From NCBI GenBank assembly GCA_973895155.1, contig OZ316895.1, forward strand, positions 10,838,184 to 10,902,183: 64,000 nucleotides of DNA. The letters run 5' to 3'. The stretch is from Marsupella aquatica (Eukaryota; Plantae; Marchantiophyta). The notes beneath the pieces were generated by a model, which saw only the letters and a list, made by a program, of their open reading frames with translations, searched no databases and was not told the origin of the DNA. Positions 16,339 to 29,790 of this stretch are shown in pieces. The stretch's first letter is position 1; each line of letters begins with the position of its first letter. The translations under genes were made by a program, and so were the position numbers.

Positions 16339-16392
16339 GTCAGACTACGATTGATTACATCACAGGTCAGACTACGATTGATTACATCACAG
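16339..16392. repeat. 27-bp perfect tandem duplication
   Basis: GGTCAGACTACGATTGATTACATCACA x2. Confidence 0.85.
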
Positions 16393-19300
16393 GACTTCAT
16401 AACGTATCTCTCGCCGAACTTGTCCTTCCTTACAGGCTACAGCGTTGCTTCGCAATCTCGAACAGTGACAACTCGCAGAATCCGAGGGACAGAATGAAAC
16501 GTAGCCCTGTGCACCTGTTTGATTGTACAGGTTCAATTCAATCCGTATCCCTGTGCTCATGGTGCGTCCACACTTTCAATTTCAAGTTCACTTCATGTAC
16601 AGTAGCTTTGCTCCTGGTTCGTTCATACTTTCAATTTCATCACATTCAGCTGATCACACTGTTGATTCCGTACTTGTATAATTGTACTATGTACGTGATA
16701 TTAAGTTCAGGATTTATTTAGTTTGGTGGCATTGAGCTGTAATCAAGACTAATCAAATTTGAGTGCTGATGTACGATGGTCTCGTGTTCTCCTCTTCCTC
16801 GTTTTCCTAGGAGTTAGAGACATATTGTGTCGGAAGCAGACCAGCAAAGACCGGAAAGGGAAAGCTAGAAGAATAGCTAGAACTGGGAGTGGGGGGTTGC
16901 TTTGAATTTGTATGTTTGTTTCCTTCAAAAGGGGCGTAAAAAAATCTAGTTTTTCCCTGAGGTTTTCATCGAGCTATTTTTGCAGATCAGCAGTCATGAT
17001 CTTTGTCTAGTTGAGTATTAGATAAACATAGACCTTGGACTTACGTAAGTGACAATACAGTCTTGGATCGCCCCACAAAGCAAGGCCTACTCATGTTAAT
17101 TGTGCAAGTTGAAGGCAATTCCTAGCCACTTTATATGCAAACTGTAGAAGCAACTTGTGCATGAGCCCATCCCAAGATTGATGTGGAATTAGCAGGAGGC
17201 AACCAGGATTGGAACATACCTCATGGTTGAATCCAAGCCTAACCTACTTTGCATGTTTTCTTTAGTCGGTTCAGGTTTCAAGCAAGTTTGAGGAAGAAAA
17301 ATGTACGACCTAAATAATTTTTATCTATCTAATTAAAATCCGAGCTATGGCAGCAGGCAATGCACTGTATTGATCATCACTAAGCAGTGAATAGCCAGTC
17401 CACAATAAGCAAGACACGTTAAGCTTTGGTCTGGCTGGAAATAGATGATGTTGGGACTGGATCCATATTTGAAACTAGGTTCAAGCCAGACCATCGAACA
17501 AGGGAATCACCGCTCCAAAAGCTTCACATCTCTAGGACCAACCCTGATGCTACATCGTGAATGTAGATTTGGGCTGGCTGGCCCAAGGCTTACGATGTGA
17601 GCAATGGCAATTTTTGCACTAATTTTCGGAAATGCTTCAAATGAGCTGACACGCTCAACCATCGAACTGGAACTCGCATGGAATATATTGAGGTTGATCC
17701 TTACTAGTGGGGGAATTTGTCGATTATGGGAACATTTGACCTCACTGTATTACAATGGTAACTCCCAGCACCATTGCCATCCACCCAATTTTACTATACT
17801 GAACAAAATTGACACCGGTAAGCTATCGTTCATTTTTGTATGCCGAGGTGGACCCCCAGAAACAGGTAAAAGGAGAGAGCAAGCTGACGAGATGATGTCA
17901 ATTGCTGACATTTATTTTAGTTTGGACCAATCTGGCAACAACCTATTCCAAGAACCACAATCCAATCCGTTCCAATTAGTAGCTGCATGTGTGTCGTCAG
18001 GAGATTCTGTCGCAGGCGTTTTGGAAAACATACAGTTCTGATAAAATAGTAATGGAGTGAAGAAGACATCGAGCGATTGGTGGTCACATGCCGAGTCGAA
18101 AGTACTGCCCTCCGTCACGTGCTTTCGGTCCATTATTTGAAGGCACTGTGGGTGATGCTGAAAATCTGGATTCTATGGTCTCAGTGGAAACTAAGCTGAT
18201 CTTTGGGCTTGCAATCGCGGAAGTTCTACTAGGACAAGCACCTGTAGAAAGTTCTGAGAGCTATCAGTGCTCTATACATGTGCTCACTTAATTTTTGGGT
18301 AGGTGAATATTTCTAGTGTGTGAGCAAGTGGCTGTTGGGTGAGCTCCCTGACAGCCTCAATTGGCTTCCTGGCATGGTGGAGCAGAGCAGCAAGGAAAGG
18401 ATTTAGAAAGAATTTGAGTCAACGGACGATGAGGTGCAGTTGGAAGTACACGGAAGGCGTCACTAGATTTGACATTGTGGACCACCAATACGGATTATTG
18501 AGTACAGTCGAACAGCTCCTGAAAGGGTCACAGGAGGAGGAGGTGTGCAGAGCTGATGGATAACGACCTTGTTTTGTGGCTAGGAAAACTTCAACGATTT
18601 CATTTCATGAAACAGAACACATCGTGGGCATCCCTCAAGGTTCATGAGTTATAAACCACTTTTTCATCCAATTGTTCTGTGGCGAGATTTGAATTGAACG
18701 AGAGAAGGATGTAAACATCTAACGAGCTCGAGATAGCGACCAACTCTGCACGCAACTTTAGGGCTTGGAAGCGATCTTGCAATCTTACCTAGAGGAATCG
18801 GCAACGGACACGAGGGGTCGGGTCTTTGCTATGGGGAGATCTTCGACCAGAGTCTATAGACGTTAAATAGCAGCTTACTCCAGGTCAATCTTTAAGAGAT
18901 CAGCAAATCAGGTGCCCGTGCCTATCCATTGGAGTCTCACAAAACATGTCGAGTTTCTTTTTGAAATCTTGGTTGACCATCTTCTTCTGTCCATGTTAGC
19001 ATCAGACACACAACAGCTGATGGGGGTAGGGTGTTGCCAACTTCAGAGTGATAGAAAGAATAGGAAGGGAATGGTTTTGGCTTACAACCTTTTCCTGCCT
19101 GGAACCACCGGTCATAGTACAAATTACGACACATTTAACATGTCCTAGAATCTGTTAGAGACAATCATTGATAGATTCAAATCCTCAGCTTCATTAAGGG
19201 TCTCCGTGAAGTGAACTTTCATAAGTCTTCCGGGTTTGCAGTGTATTCCAAGATGACATGACCAAAAGCGAGAAAGAGGCCAAATTAGATAACCCAAAAC

Positions 19301-20296
19301 GAGGTCTGTGTCTATTTATGATAGTGGTAATTTGAAGAATCCTGAGGAAACTCAATGTGTCATATTTGCGACAATTAGCCCCACATATAAAGAGACAAGA
19401 TGCATCCAGAGAACCTTCTCTCTTGAAGACGAGAGGCCTAAGAAACGATGGACTGCAGTTTTAGGGTGTCAATCTATGTCAGGATGCTGCCTCTCCTCGA
19501 GACGAGCATCATTCTGTTCTCTAGTAAGTAAGAAGTCAAAGACTGACTTCATCGGTTTGCCATCCTTGAAAGTTATCGTTCGTCGTTTACGAAACCATAC
19601 GGATTCGTCGGGTCCAGCTCTGACTGACTGGAGACATGCCACCGCTGCCAAAAGCAACCGAACTTAAAGGACGATCGAACAGTTGACCACAAGTTCAACA
19701 TTCTGTTGACCTGACCTTGCAAACGGATCCGGCGTGATCGTCGAAGACTCCGTTCCATACAAAATTGTCGTTCTTAGTGTTGGGAACGATTTTTTCACGA
19801 TTCGTTCCCTTCACCTGCATCCTCGACATGTTTGTACTTACTGATGTCACACGTTCTAATGTACAGCGTGGGCTTGAAAACAAGGGCAATCAACTCTGAG
19901 GACAAGTTCTTTTGGAAGGTGGCCTTATAAGACCCCGCGGAATTTACTCCCTTTTAATTCGCTCTGGAAGAATTCTCAATTTCTCAAAATATTTCGAGGG
20001 TGTTGGAAAACATTACTCGCCCAGTGAAAAGAGTCACCCATGTTTGAACGAAAGAATGAAGTCACCATGGAGTCGGCAGTGTCAACGAAGGCATAGAACC
20101 GGCCTGAAATTGAGAGGGAAAGAAACACAAGAAGTTTTTTTCTTCCCTTTCCTTCAATGCAGCGTTCCGAGTGGTCTTCGGCCTTGGGAATATGTCAGTG
20201 GGGGGATCCAGTTGCACAGCCTGCTGAGAGGGTTCAGAACACAAAGAGGAGCCAGTGACATCGAACACTCGTTCTAGAGAGCTTCGACTGGAGTAT

Positions 20297-20520
20297 TCGG
20301 CAAAGGCATGCTAGTTGGGTGTCTTACCGATGAGTTCACCTGTCCGTGTGTCATCCCATCCGAAGATTGCCTCAAGAACTTCTTCCTGAGATGAGGAGAT
20401 GAGCACTCTCGGCAAAGGCATGCTAGTTGGGTGTCTTACCGATGAGTCCACCTGTCTGTGTGTCATCCCATCCGAAGATTGCCTCAAGAACTTCTTCCTG
20501 AGATGAGGAGATGAGCACTC
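20297..20520. repeat. 112-bp near-perfect tandem duplication
   Basis: TCGGCAAAGGCATGCTAGTTGGG...GATGAGCACTC at 20297 and 20409, with two mismatches seen. Confidence 0.9.
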
Positions 20521-21448
20521 TCTTTCTGAACTGAGGCATTCTTTCACTTCAACTGGTAACTTTAAAGTCAACGATCCCAGACGGCTAGTGTACCACATCC
20601 AAGATTGGTGTACGTGCTTAGGCAGCGATCAAGACTGACCAATCTTCTTCAGCTATTGGTTCCTGATGTTTGTTTGTAATAACTGTGAAATTAAATATCC
20701 GCAGTTAAAATTCTCCTCTTCAACAACTCTGGAAGCCTATCATCACCGAGTTCAAGACAAAACCTTAGCAATAATTCAAAGGCTGACCAAGAATGTCAAA
20801 GAAGGTCAACGTAAACCCTCACTTATTAGTGTCTCCAACAGCTATCAATAATCGCCCCCAGACTCTTCCACGAGATAACATTCGGGCATTTTCCATAAAC
20901 CCTGATATTTTGGCAGAGAAATTGTCCGAAGGGAACGGGCTTTCCGGATTCCATCTGCAATGCTTGTAACAGGAGCACGCTGACCAGCACCTTTTCCTGT
21001 GATTTTCATAAATCTCGACTCCCACCTCGGAGCGTACCGAAATCACGAGGTCAAGATTGCCGTAAAGTATTCGGAGGAGGTTAATGCCTTGCAACATCAT
21101 CCGCACCAACGAAAATGCGGGCGTACAAACCCAGAACAATCCGAAAAAGCTGGGGAAACCAATGCCAAAACACCCCCAAAAAACCTCGACACTGCCACAG
21201 AATCGCGTCTGATGGCCGCAATCAGGAAGGACATCTCAACAATCAGCGACCTCGAATCACATGCGACTATTAAGTGCACGATCCATCCGCGGAAGGCATT
21301 CCTTGTGGCAGAGTTTGCAGAAAAGTATAGGCCTCCACAAATTTTGGTTCTGTCCGAAAGGCAAACCCTGCCTGACGAGGACGAGGAGGCATCGCTTCAA
21401 GACAGGCAGGAAGCAAGAATGAAATGTTCAATCAGTCAAAGAGCCAGC

Positions 21449-21992
21449 TCTTCTACTGCATAGCAAAGCAGTCACATTTTTTTTCTTTCTTTTGCCTTGA
21501 AAACCAAAAACAGGCCCATCCAACGGAGAATAGAAGAGAAGTCATGCTTTGGAGCATGCATTTCTATGTAGGGCAGTCACAAGGGGACAATACCTAGAGA
21601 TCCCACTTTGGAGCATGCATTTCTAGGTAAGGCAGTCACAAGGGGACAATACCCAGGGATCTTACTTTGAAGCATGCATTTCTATGTAGGGCTATCCTAC
21701 TTTGGAGCATGCATTTCTATGTAGGGCACAAGGGGACAATACCCAGGTCTTCTACTGCATAGCAAAGCAGTCACATTTTTTTTTCTTTCTTTTGCCTTGA
21801 AAACCTAAAACAGGCCCATCCAAAAGAGAATAGAAGTCATGCTTTGGAGCATGCATTTCTATGTAGGGCAATCACAAGGGGACAATATGTAGGGCTATCC
21901 TACTTTGGAGCATGAATTTCTATGTAGGGCTATCCTACTTTGGAGCATGCATTTCTATGTAGGGCAGTCACAAGGGGACAATACCCAGGGAT
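21449..21992. repeat. nested tandem repeat: ~100-bp block x2 interleaved with ~7 copies of TTTGGAGCATGCATTTCTATGTAGGGC units
   Basis: The block TCTTCTACTGCATAGCAAAGCAGTCAC...GAAGTCATGC occurs at ~21449 and ~21748. The core motif recurs with or without the CAGTCACAAGGGGACAATAC extension. Confidence 0.9.
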
Positions 21993-22135
21993 CCGACAGG
22001 GACCCAAACCAGAAAGGAGAGAGGATTAAACCAGAACCCAAAGTGGGCAACCAGGGCTGAGGAGATAATCAATACTCCCCACCACTACACCCCACCCATA
22101 CACACACACACATACCCTCCACACCCCTTATGTGT

Positions 22136-22206
22136 GGAGGGAGGATTGAACCTGGGACCTCTCGGTTCTAGGCTCATCCTCTGTCCAACTGACCAAAGCC
22201 AGTTGG
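22136..22206 (-). mobile_element. tRNA-derived SINE head / degenerate Pol III element
   Basis: The minus strand has an A-box-like TGGTCAGTTGG (22195-22185) and a B-box GGTTCAATCC (22152-22143) at tRNA-like spacing. No convincing cloverleaf forms. A simple CA/GT tract lies next to it. Confidence 0.5.
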
Positions 22207-23959
22207 TTAACGCAGTCACTCTTGATAGAGGAAAGTTTGGAGGTATCGTCACAAAGAAACAATTCTATGTCCGCGAAGTTGGAAAGGAATGCTCTGATAC
22301 GAAGATCAATCTTTGTAATTTTATTGCATCAATGTCGTGTAACTGGAGCCTTGAGCTCTGCGTGTTTTGTTGGGGAAAATTAATAAATTTTACTCAGATG
22401 AATTAATAACAACTTTCCCTGATGTTCATGCTCACATTGTTGGGTGTCAAAATATGCTGGGTCAACTGGGGGGTCAACAAGAAAACTTAGGTGGGACGAA
22501 GTGGTCCATGCAAGCAATATCTCCAAACAGCTTTTTATTATCAGGTCCCCCAAACTGAGCTAAATTACTAATCTACCCCCAAAATTATATTAATTTGTAG
22601 GCTGGCCCCCATATTGTCTATATGGGTTACACTAATTGTTTAGTTAACCCAGGGAGATTTCTCATTGGTGGACTAACACATGATGAGGCGCTATTGGCTC
22701 CGCCTTACCCTGGCCGAGCTCACCCTCACTCGGCTATCACTTTCCCATTTTTTGAACAAGCCTTGCACCAACCAGGGCTGGCCCCTCGCCAGTTCCAATC
22801 CCAACCGGGATCCCAACCCTATGACCTTGCTGGCTGGGTGCTGCAACTTCCCTTCAAAAATGGGGTCCCACACTCCATAGGGGCCTGATGATCCTTGGGT
22901 CCCGATGATCCAACCTACTCCCACTTTTCTGAAGGAAAGAGGCCCCGATAGTATACACATTTTCTATGTGTAAACAAACCCACATTTGAGCCTACCGCCT
23001 GATTTGAGCTAGGTCATCGGGATTTAAAACTCGAGAGGGGGATGGGCCAATTTTAAATTTTAGAGTTCGAGGATTACCACAAACTCACTTGTTGTACCGA
23101 CATTTCAATTACAGAAAATCAAATGAAACCCAACTGCATGCCTCATCCCCACCACGAGTTTCCAAATTTGATGTTTCACCATAAATCCTCCTTATCTTCC
23201 TTCATGTTTTCAGTGAAGGTATGGACCATAACCCCTTTGCCAGTCCGGCTAGGGATACACTAATTTAAAAGTGTTTCTTACACACAAATCAAGGTTGTCG
23301 CTTCTCCCAAACATAGTTTTTCTATTGTTCACTCAAATTCAGGTTTAGTCTAAGTGTACAACCCATCCGCCTTGAGCGGGTTATGGACTGTAATTCCAAG
23401 AGGGTTATGGCCTGGCCAATGTGGCCCCCAAGGGTAGGAGGGCCCCCAGAGGTAGGAGGGCTTCCCCAGTGTAAACTCAACCAATGAATATTGGGAAAAG
23501 TATGGTTAGGAAGAGCCCCACCCTGATCTCCATATGCAGTAACATTCAAATGAGGGAATCGCCTGGCCAGGTTGAGGAGATCGAGGGTTAGGGTCCATAA
23601 TATTCAATTATGAGACAAAGGAAGGTTTATCCCTCCCTAACCCATGGTCCTCTTTTCCATCAACCCCCTCTTTACACGTTACTATTTTCTTATTGTCAGT
23701 AGCTGTAGTTGCTTAATCATGATTGTGCTTCCCACCATCAACATTAGCTACGTTAATTAGAAGGCTCGAGACAAACAAATTCATATGTAAGTGCTTTGAT
23801 CTATAGCTTACGATTTTGTTGACATACCAGCTTTTAGTTTTATTGAGTCCTCAATTGATACATAGATTAGAAATGATCACCCTGTTGTCAAACTTGGGAG
23901 TCTGACAAACCTTTGCGCCCTTGCAAAAGATCCTAATTAAGGTGTTGTGTCATCGGACG

Positions 23960-24270
23960 GTGAACTCTTCTCCTAGCATAGTGAAAAGAGATTCCTATCA
24001 TCTAGTTCACACAGATTCGCGACTGCTACTGCTCTATTTTGAATGCCTATGGGAAAGTCTTCTTACATTAATCTGACCATGACCCATACTGCAAGCATGT
24101 GTTGTGAAATTTTGAATTTGGTGTGAGGTGTTCTAGCAAGATGTCCTAATGTTGTCACTGCTTGCTCCTGAGGACTGGGATCTTCATCTTCGAGGAGCAT
24201 TAGCACCAGGCTTGGCAGGAAATCTGTGAGTACATTATTCAGTACTCTAGATAGATCAATCGGGTCCACT
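23960..24270 (-). pseudogene. ARM/HEAT-repeat-like gene fragment
   Basis: Reads FLPSLVLMLLEDEDPSPQEQAVTTLGHLA...VMVRLM*EDFPIGIQNRAVAVANLC, two armadillo-like helical units interrupted by stops. Confidence 0.35.
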
Positions 24271-24699
24271 TGAACTCAGTGTCATCCTGTCTTGGATCAA
24301 TTAATTGTAGGCAGCAAACACTCTCCTGAACACTCTCCTGAACACTATAGAGCTTCCTGGTACTAGCAAACAAACAAATGAATCCATATACATGCTGTCC
24401 AATCAATTCAAACTTAGATATAATTGGACACAATCATATGTACATACTGAGATTATGGTGCAGTAGCTATTTGTATCATCACCTCCAATCACCCGTGCAA
24501 CCAACCCAAGACCACCAAATGTACCAGGCACAAAAAACCTTGTATCATCACCTCCAATCTCGCCTCCAATTACCTTTGACTACTTGATCCTAGCTAGTAA
24601 CCTCAGGTGAGAAAATCTTACAAAGGTGAGGCACACAATTTTTGTTCAAATGTGTAAAGAGATTCCATCATCAAAGAAATATATTGATTAATTACCGCT

Positions 24700-26560
24700 A
24701 GTCTCTTATTGATATTTGTGACCTTGAATAGTGGAACTTACATGTGAAATAGAAGTCTCTTGTCCAATCATGTGATGCAATCCAACTCTTTGTGATGGAG
24801 CTTTCCAAGACAGTGTGGTTTCTCACACAAAGAAGTATCCAACATTGTCAAAATGTTTTTCCATAGCAAAGTAAAGCTAGACCGGATTGATGGAATCCAC
24901 CCTGAATATCTCAGCATGGTCACTTGAATGATCAAGTGCTATCCAAGCAAGTTCTAGTGTTCTATCACAATTGTGAATCTCATTTTTGTCAACGCCATAC
25001 AAATCATCATAGTCAACTGAAGTGATCCATGCTAATTAAATGCAAAGGTCCATTTTGCTCCCCAAGGGATAATGAAACAATGACATGTTGTACATTGGCC
25101 AAGGAGGACAACACCCAAGTCGTCCAAGAATGAGCAGATGAGTAAGAGAAGTAATGTCATCAAATTCAAATGCCACAATCACTTTCTTGCCCATTGGTTT
25201 CAAATGAGTGGGATGAGACATGAATAGATGGAGGATGTGCCTCACTGTAAAGATATTAGTTTGGTAAGCATCACCTGGTTTATCCCAAAGAAATTCTATG
25301 TCTGTACAATCTGTCCTGAACAATACTTCCTCACCATTATCTCCTACCATTGACACTTGAGTGTAGACAAGTGCATCAAAGAAATCTGATAGTGACTATC
25401 AAAAGCATGGAGGACAAAAACTTGATTTCATTTATATTTCAAGGTTGATTTGTCATTCCTGTTGCTCTAGCTAGACCACCACTTGATCATTCAGTCTGCA
25501 GAGCACTCCATTTACAAGAACACTTCCATAGAAGAATTTCTATCCTGTCTCTCAGCTGATTATCATTCTGAGGATTCAAAAGACTTTGGTCTGACCAATA
25601 AGATCTAAGACATGAAGATGTCTTTCCACCAAGAGGAACATCAACCTCCACACCTTCTTGTCGCCCAACAACTATTCCTTTAATTTGTAGTAGCTTGCAT
25701 TGATGGCAAGTCAGACATTTTCAAAAATTGCAGTAACATCCATAATTGTTTTGCTTTTTCTATGCTAGTAACAACACAACCTTCTTGGAGCAAAATATGG
25801 AAGATGGAAGGGCTCTTGCTGGAAGTCCAATGATGCAGGGATACAAGGAACCATGTAACGTTTCCAATGATTGTCCTTTCAATTGGTCTTTGTGCAACCC
25901 ATCTTTGTCTTGTCGTACCTGAAAAAGACTCTGAAAAGAGTTGGTGGCAAAAGTACTGTGCATAACTTAGCTCATTGGATTTTTTATTTGACAATGTACT
26001 TATGCTGTTAATTATAACCACTAACCATGCCCTCAAAACTATAGCACCAGAAATTTTGTGGTGACCATGTCTATATATGGATATCATCCAACAATTCTCC
26101 ATTCCCTTCTCATTTCAAGACAAGTACAATGTACACAAGATATACTTTAAACTAGAATCATGAAGTAGGCTATTATCCCTGCTATTATATATAGATCATA
26201 TAGGGACCACATGTCAGAGGAGAATGACAATCCACTTTGCCGAGGGCTTTGTTTTTTGAGCTCAGATCTTTGATCTTTGTTTGCTGCCTCTCTTAAACAC
26301 TTGCCAAAATAATGCATTGCTTGAATATCTCATTTCATAGGTGAAAGCCTAACTGTTTGTTTATTGTGATTTTACACAACAATCTTTTCATTATTCCCTA
26401 TAGTTGCAACAATATTTTCAGAATGTAACAAATTGCACCTACAACCATTAGAGCCCATTAACAAGGTCCTACCAATCTTACTCTGAGCTGGCCCATCCCC
26501 TATCCAACTCATGACCATCGCTTGAATAATGCCCTCATCATTTATGATCTGACATCAAGG
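24700..26560 (-). mobile_element. decayed CACTA/EnSpm-type (Tnp2-like) transposase
   Basis: Collinear motifs across frameshifts: IQAMVMSWIGDGPAQSKIG...GSNGCRC (~26530-26435, Tnp2 D-x-P-A plus Cys motif), GLSFSSDMWSLYDLY (~26235-26190) and LLDDIH...PQNFWCYSFE (~26095-26030, DUF4218-like W-x-Y-x-F-E motif). Many stops; termini not found. Confidence 0.7.
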
Positions 26561-26985
26561 AAGAAGGAACCAAGAATCAAAATTTGATGAGAAATCTGTG
26601 GGGAAACATATATGGAGAAGGTTTCAGAACCGAGTTCAGAACCAAGCTATGAAACTAGAGGTGAGAGTGAAAGAGAAGCCTCCATAAGACGGGCCATAAG
26701 ACCTATTACAAATTAAACATTCATTTTCCAATAGCAGTCAAAGGGGGCGCCTGGGAAAGCTCTTATCTAAGTTGCCCCCTGACCTGATGACTGATATCAA
26801 TGATCTCTATACTAGAGTGTTTTCCAGAAAACCAGCAAATGAATATAGTAACATATATGTGTCACTAGCTTGCAAACTTATCATCCCCGAGCACATGCCA
26901 CATACAACAAGAACATAGAGAAGAAGAGAGAACATAGAGAAGAAGAGAGAACATTTTTCAGACATTTTCAATCTTGTCATAATGA

Positions 26986-28820
26986 ATGCATGGAGATCTC
27001 AATAATTTCAAGCTAGATAAAAAATCTTATAAGGACCTAATGGAGTTTATAGAGGAGTGTGTTCCCAAGCTCAAGGAGTTGGTGTTGACAATTGGAGGGA
27101 TCAGTATGCATGTAGGCTGGACAGAAAATGACATCATGCGTGGACGGTTCTTGGACCACAAGAAGCACAACTCCACTAATAGACTACAATTCGATTGCCA
27201 TCATTGAAGTAGAAAACCAGACTTTTCTTGAGACTCTTCCCTTTGCAAACTCAGCTGTCATGCAGAATGAAGATTCTCCAGGCAAGTCAAAAGAAGAGTG
27301 CCTCACTACTACTCTGCCAAAGGATCACTCAAGTGTGGAGATGCAGGATGAAGAATCTCTAGCCAAGTCAAAGTGAGACCCAAAGTGGCTCACTCAAACT
27401 CTTCCAAAGGCTGACTCAGTTGCCATGCATGATGACTGAATCTCCAGCCAAGTTAGAAGACTTTGAGTGGCTCAATAATCCACCGCAAGTATCAACAAAG
27501 TCCATAGTCAAAGGACAGAGCCCAACCTTGAATGACTTAGACTTAGTTTGAGTCAGAGGCATCAAAGGCAATAGTTGTTGGAGAGGGGTTTCCTTTTCAT
27601 TTCACCAGAACATATTAAATGTGTGAAGAATTAAAAACAACTGGTAGTCGATGTAGGTCATGAGGGAAACCACCGACATCACAAAGCTAGGGACCTAAGG
27701 TACGCAAGTTAAGTTTCTTTCCTACAGCTCCTTCTATTGATAGGCCATATTGGCATCACACTTGCATGTACGTAGAAAAATATCTGTTATTAATCTATAT
27801 ATATTCATAAATTGACCTGTTTTTACATGTAAGAGCTCTTTGTGGAGGACTTGCATGCCATGCAAGGTCTAAACTTTCTACAATAGAGACTATATCCTCT
27901 GAGGTTCCACTCTCCAACACCAATACAGATGCACATTCTCCAAACCAATCCCTGATCGACAAGCACAAAGACTACAAATTCTACTTATTGAAGCAGCCAA
28001 AAAAAGCAATTGATGAATTCTACTTCGACATTCAACCATGTGTAGCCCCAATCTGAGCAAGATTCCAAGAAATTATTCAAACTCTATCAAAATTGGAGTA
28101 TCTTCATCTCTTATATACCGTTTCTCATGATGATTCATGACCCACTTCAAAATGATGTTAAAGACATGTTTGCATGTAGTATGATGCACAATGGGTTTTT
28201 TCATGAATGTGTGATTCCAAACATTCAATTATTTGATAGTCTAGATGAAGATGCAAAACTCACTATTGCCTAGGGCAATGAAACTCTCAAGCAAAAAAGG
28301 ATCACAGCCTCAACTGAGGAGCTTCATATTAGCCACCCAGAATAGACAGTAGTATCTTAGTTACAATTATTCAATGAGCATGTCTCAGTGAATAATAAGA
28401 TGACAACTCCATTTTTGGGGCATCAAAAAATGGAAGTCGCTGCTCTAATAGATCTTTTAGTTAGATGAGCGTTAGATTTCAAAATTAGCATTATAAATCC
28501 TCCAGCACCTGTGAATGTAAAGGTTTGCCTATTCACTCAACATATTGTGGATAAGTAGGAACTAGTGTGTGTTTGATATGGGCACCAATACATAACTAGC
28601 TAGTCATCTTTGTATAGACCAGGCGCAAAATTTACAGGTCTTGACTCTTGAAACAACTATAACTTCGAAGACTTACTAGTTCTTTAACCATGCATTCTAT
28701 CTCTCACCGATGATTAATCTGCAACAGCCATCCATCTTCAACCATGGGTGTCCTGCTATATGGTAAGGATGGCATCCAAGTTTCTTGCAACAACCATCGA
28801 TGTATAGACAACTGTATGGT
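26986..28820 (+). pseudogene. long degenerate reading frame, probably a TE accessory gene
   Basis: Protein-like stretches (MHGDLNNFKLDKKSYKDLMEFIEECVPKLKEL...; DMFACSMMHNGFFHECVIPNIQLFDSLDEDAKL...) are broken by scattered stops and lie divergent from the CACTA remnant. No family recognised. Confidence 0.3.
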
Positions 28821-29091
28821 AAATATTGCATATTTAGTTTCTGAACTTAGGTTTAATTTCAACTGTGCACTGTATTGACTCAATGACGGTGCAATTTATT
28901 TTTCATTTAGTTAGAATATTGAGGTGTATTTTCACACTCGTAAACTGCATGTGCACCTTAGCTTGACTTTGCACTCATTTCTACTGCAATGGTCCACGAT
29001 TCGCATTTGCACCTTTGCTACTATTAACCGTGTTAAATACTGTTAAATATGTAATTTTGCACCTAAGGCAAAAGCAAAAGCTTCTCGGTGT

Positions 29092-29114
29092 TTTAGGGTT
29101 TAGGGTACCCTAAA
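29092..29114. repeat. short interstitial plant telomere motifs in inverted arrangement
   Basis: TTTAGGG TTTAGGG TA CCCTAAA; 29099-29114 is a perfect 16-bp palindrome. Confidence 0.7.
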
Positions 29115-29593
29115 TGTACCTCGGTTAGATAGGTGATTGTGCTTGCTGCAGACTCCTAGCTGAAGACTGGTATCTGAGCTGTCTTCAACCAAAAGTAGCC
29201 TCACATACCCATCAAATCTAAGTCCATAATTATCTAAGCCTTACAAAGCCGGAGAACTTACAAATTAACCTCCCTGTGAAAGGATTCTATCTGATAGTCA
29301 GAGCTAGTCAGATAGTATGTAAGGGGGGCTTTACAAGACAGTGGGGGCCCTTGAGTGTCTCTCCATCCAAAGCAAAGTTGATGGCCATTTCCTTACACAA
29401 AAGTTAAAATGCCTGAGCAAAAATATATCAGGTCTGGAAGTAATCAATGCAATTCCCTGAAAACAAAAGGCAGTTTGTTCCAAGTTTTTTGACCACCTCA
29501 AGAGGAGGTCCAAGTTTTTGACAAACAAGCTTGTACACATCAGCAGAAAAGAAGACCCACAAGGGGCCCAGTGACATATGACTAGGTTTTGTA

Positions 29594-29790
29594 ATGCTTT
29601 TGTTTGATTGTGTCCCCAAGTTCATGTAAAATGAAGTGTGGCCAATTCACACCTATGAATGGCTAGGATTGCATCCCTCACTTAAAAAGAAGGATGCTTT
29701 TGTTTGATTGTGTCCCCAAGTTCATGTAAAATGAAGTGTGGCCAATTCACACATATGAATGGCTAGGATTGCATCCCTCACTTAAAAAGA
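29594..29790. repeat. 100-bp period tandem duplication
   Basis: ATGCTTTTGTTTGATTGTGTCCCCAAG...CACTTAAAAAGA at 29594 and 29694, with one mismatch. Confidence 0.9.

Noticed and set aside
21540-21992. Repeat-spacer pattern around TTTGGAGCATGCATTTCTATGTAGGGC
   Set aside because: The intervening sequences are themselves repeated variants, consistent with nested tandem duplication.
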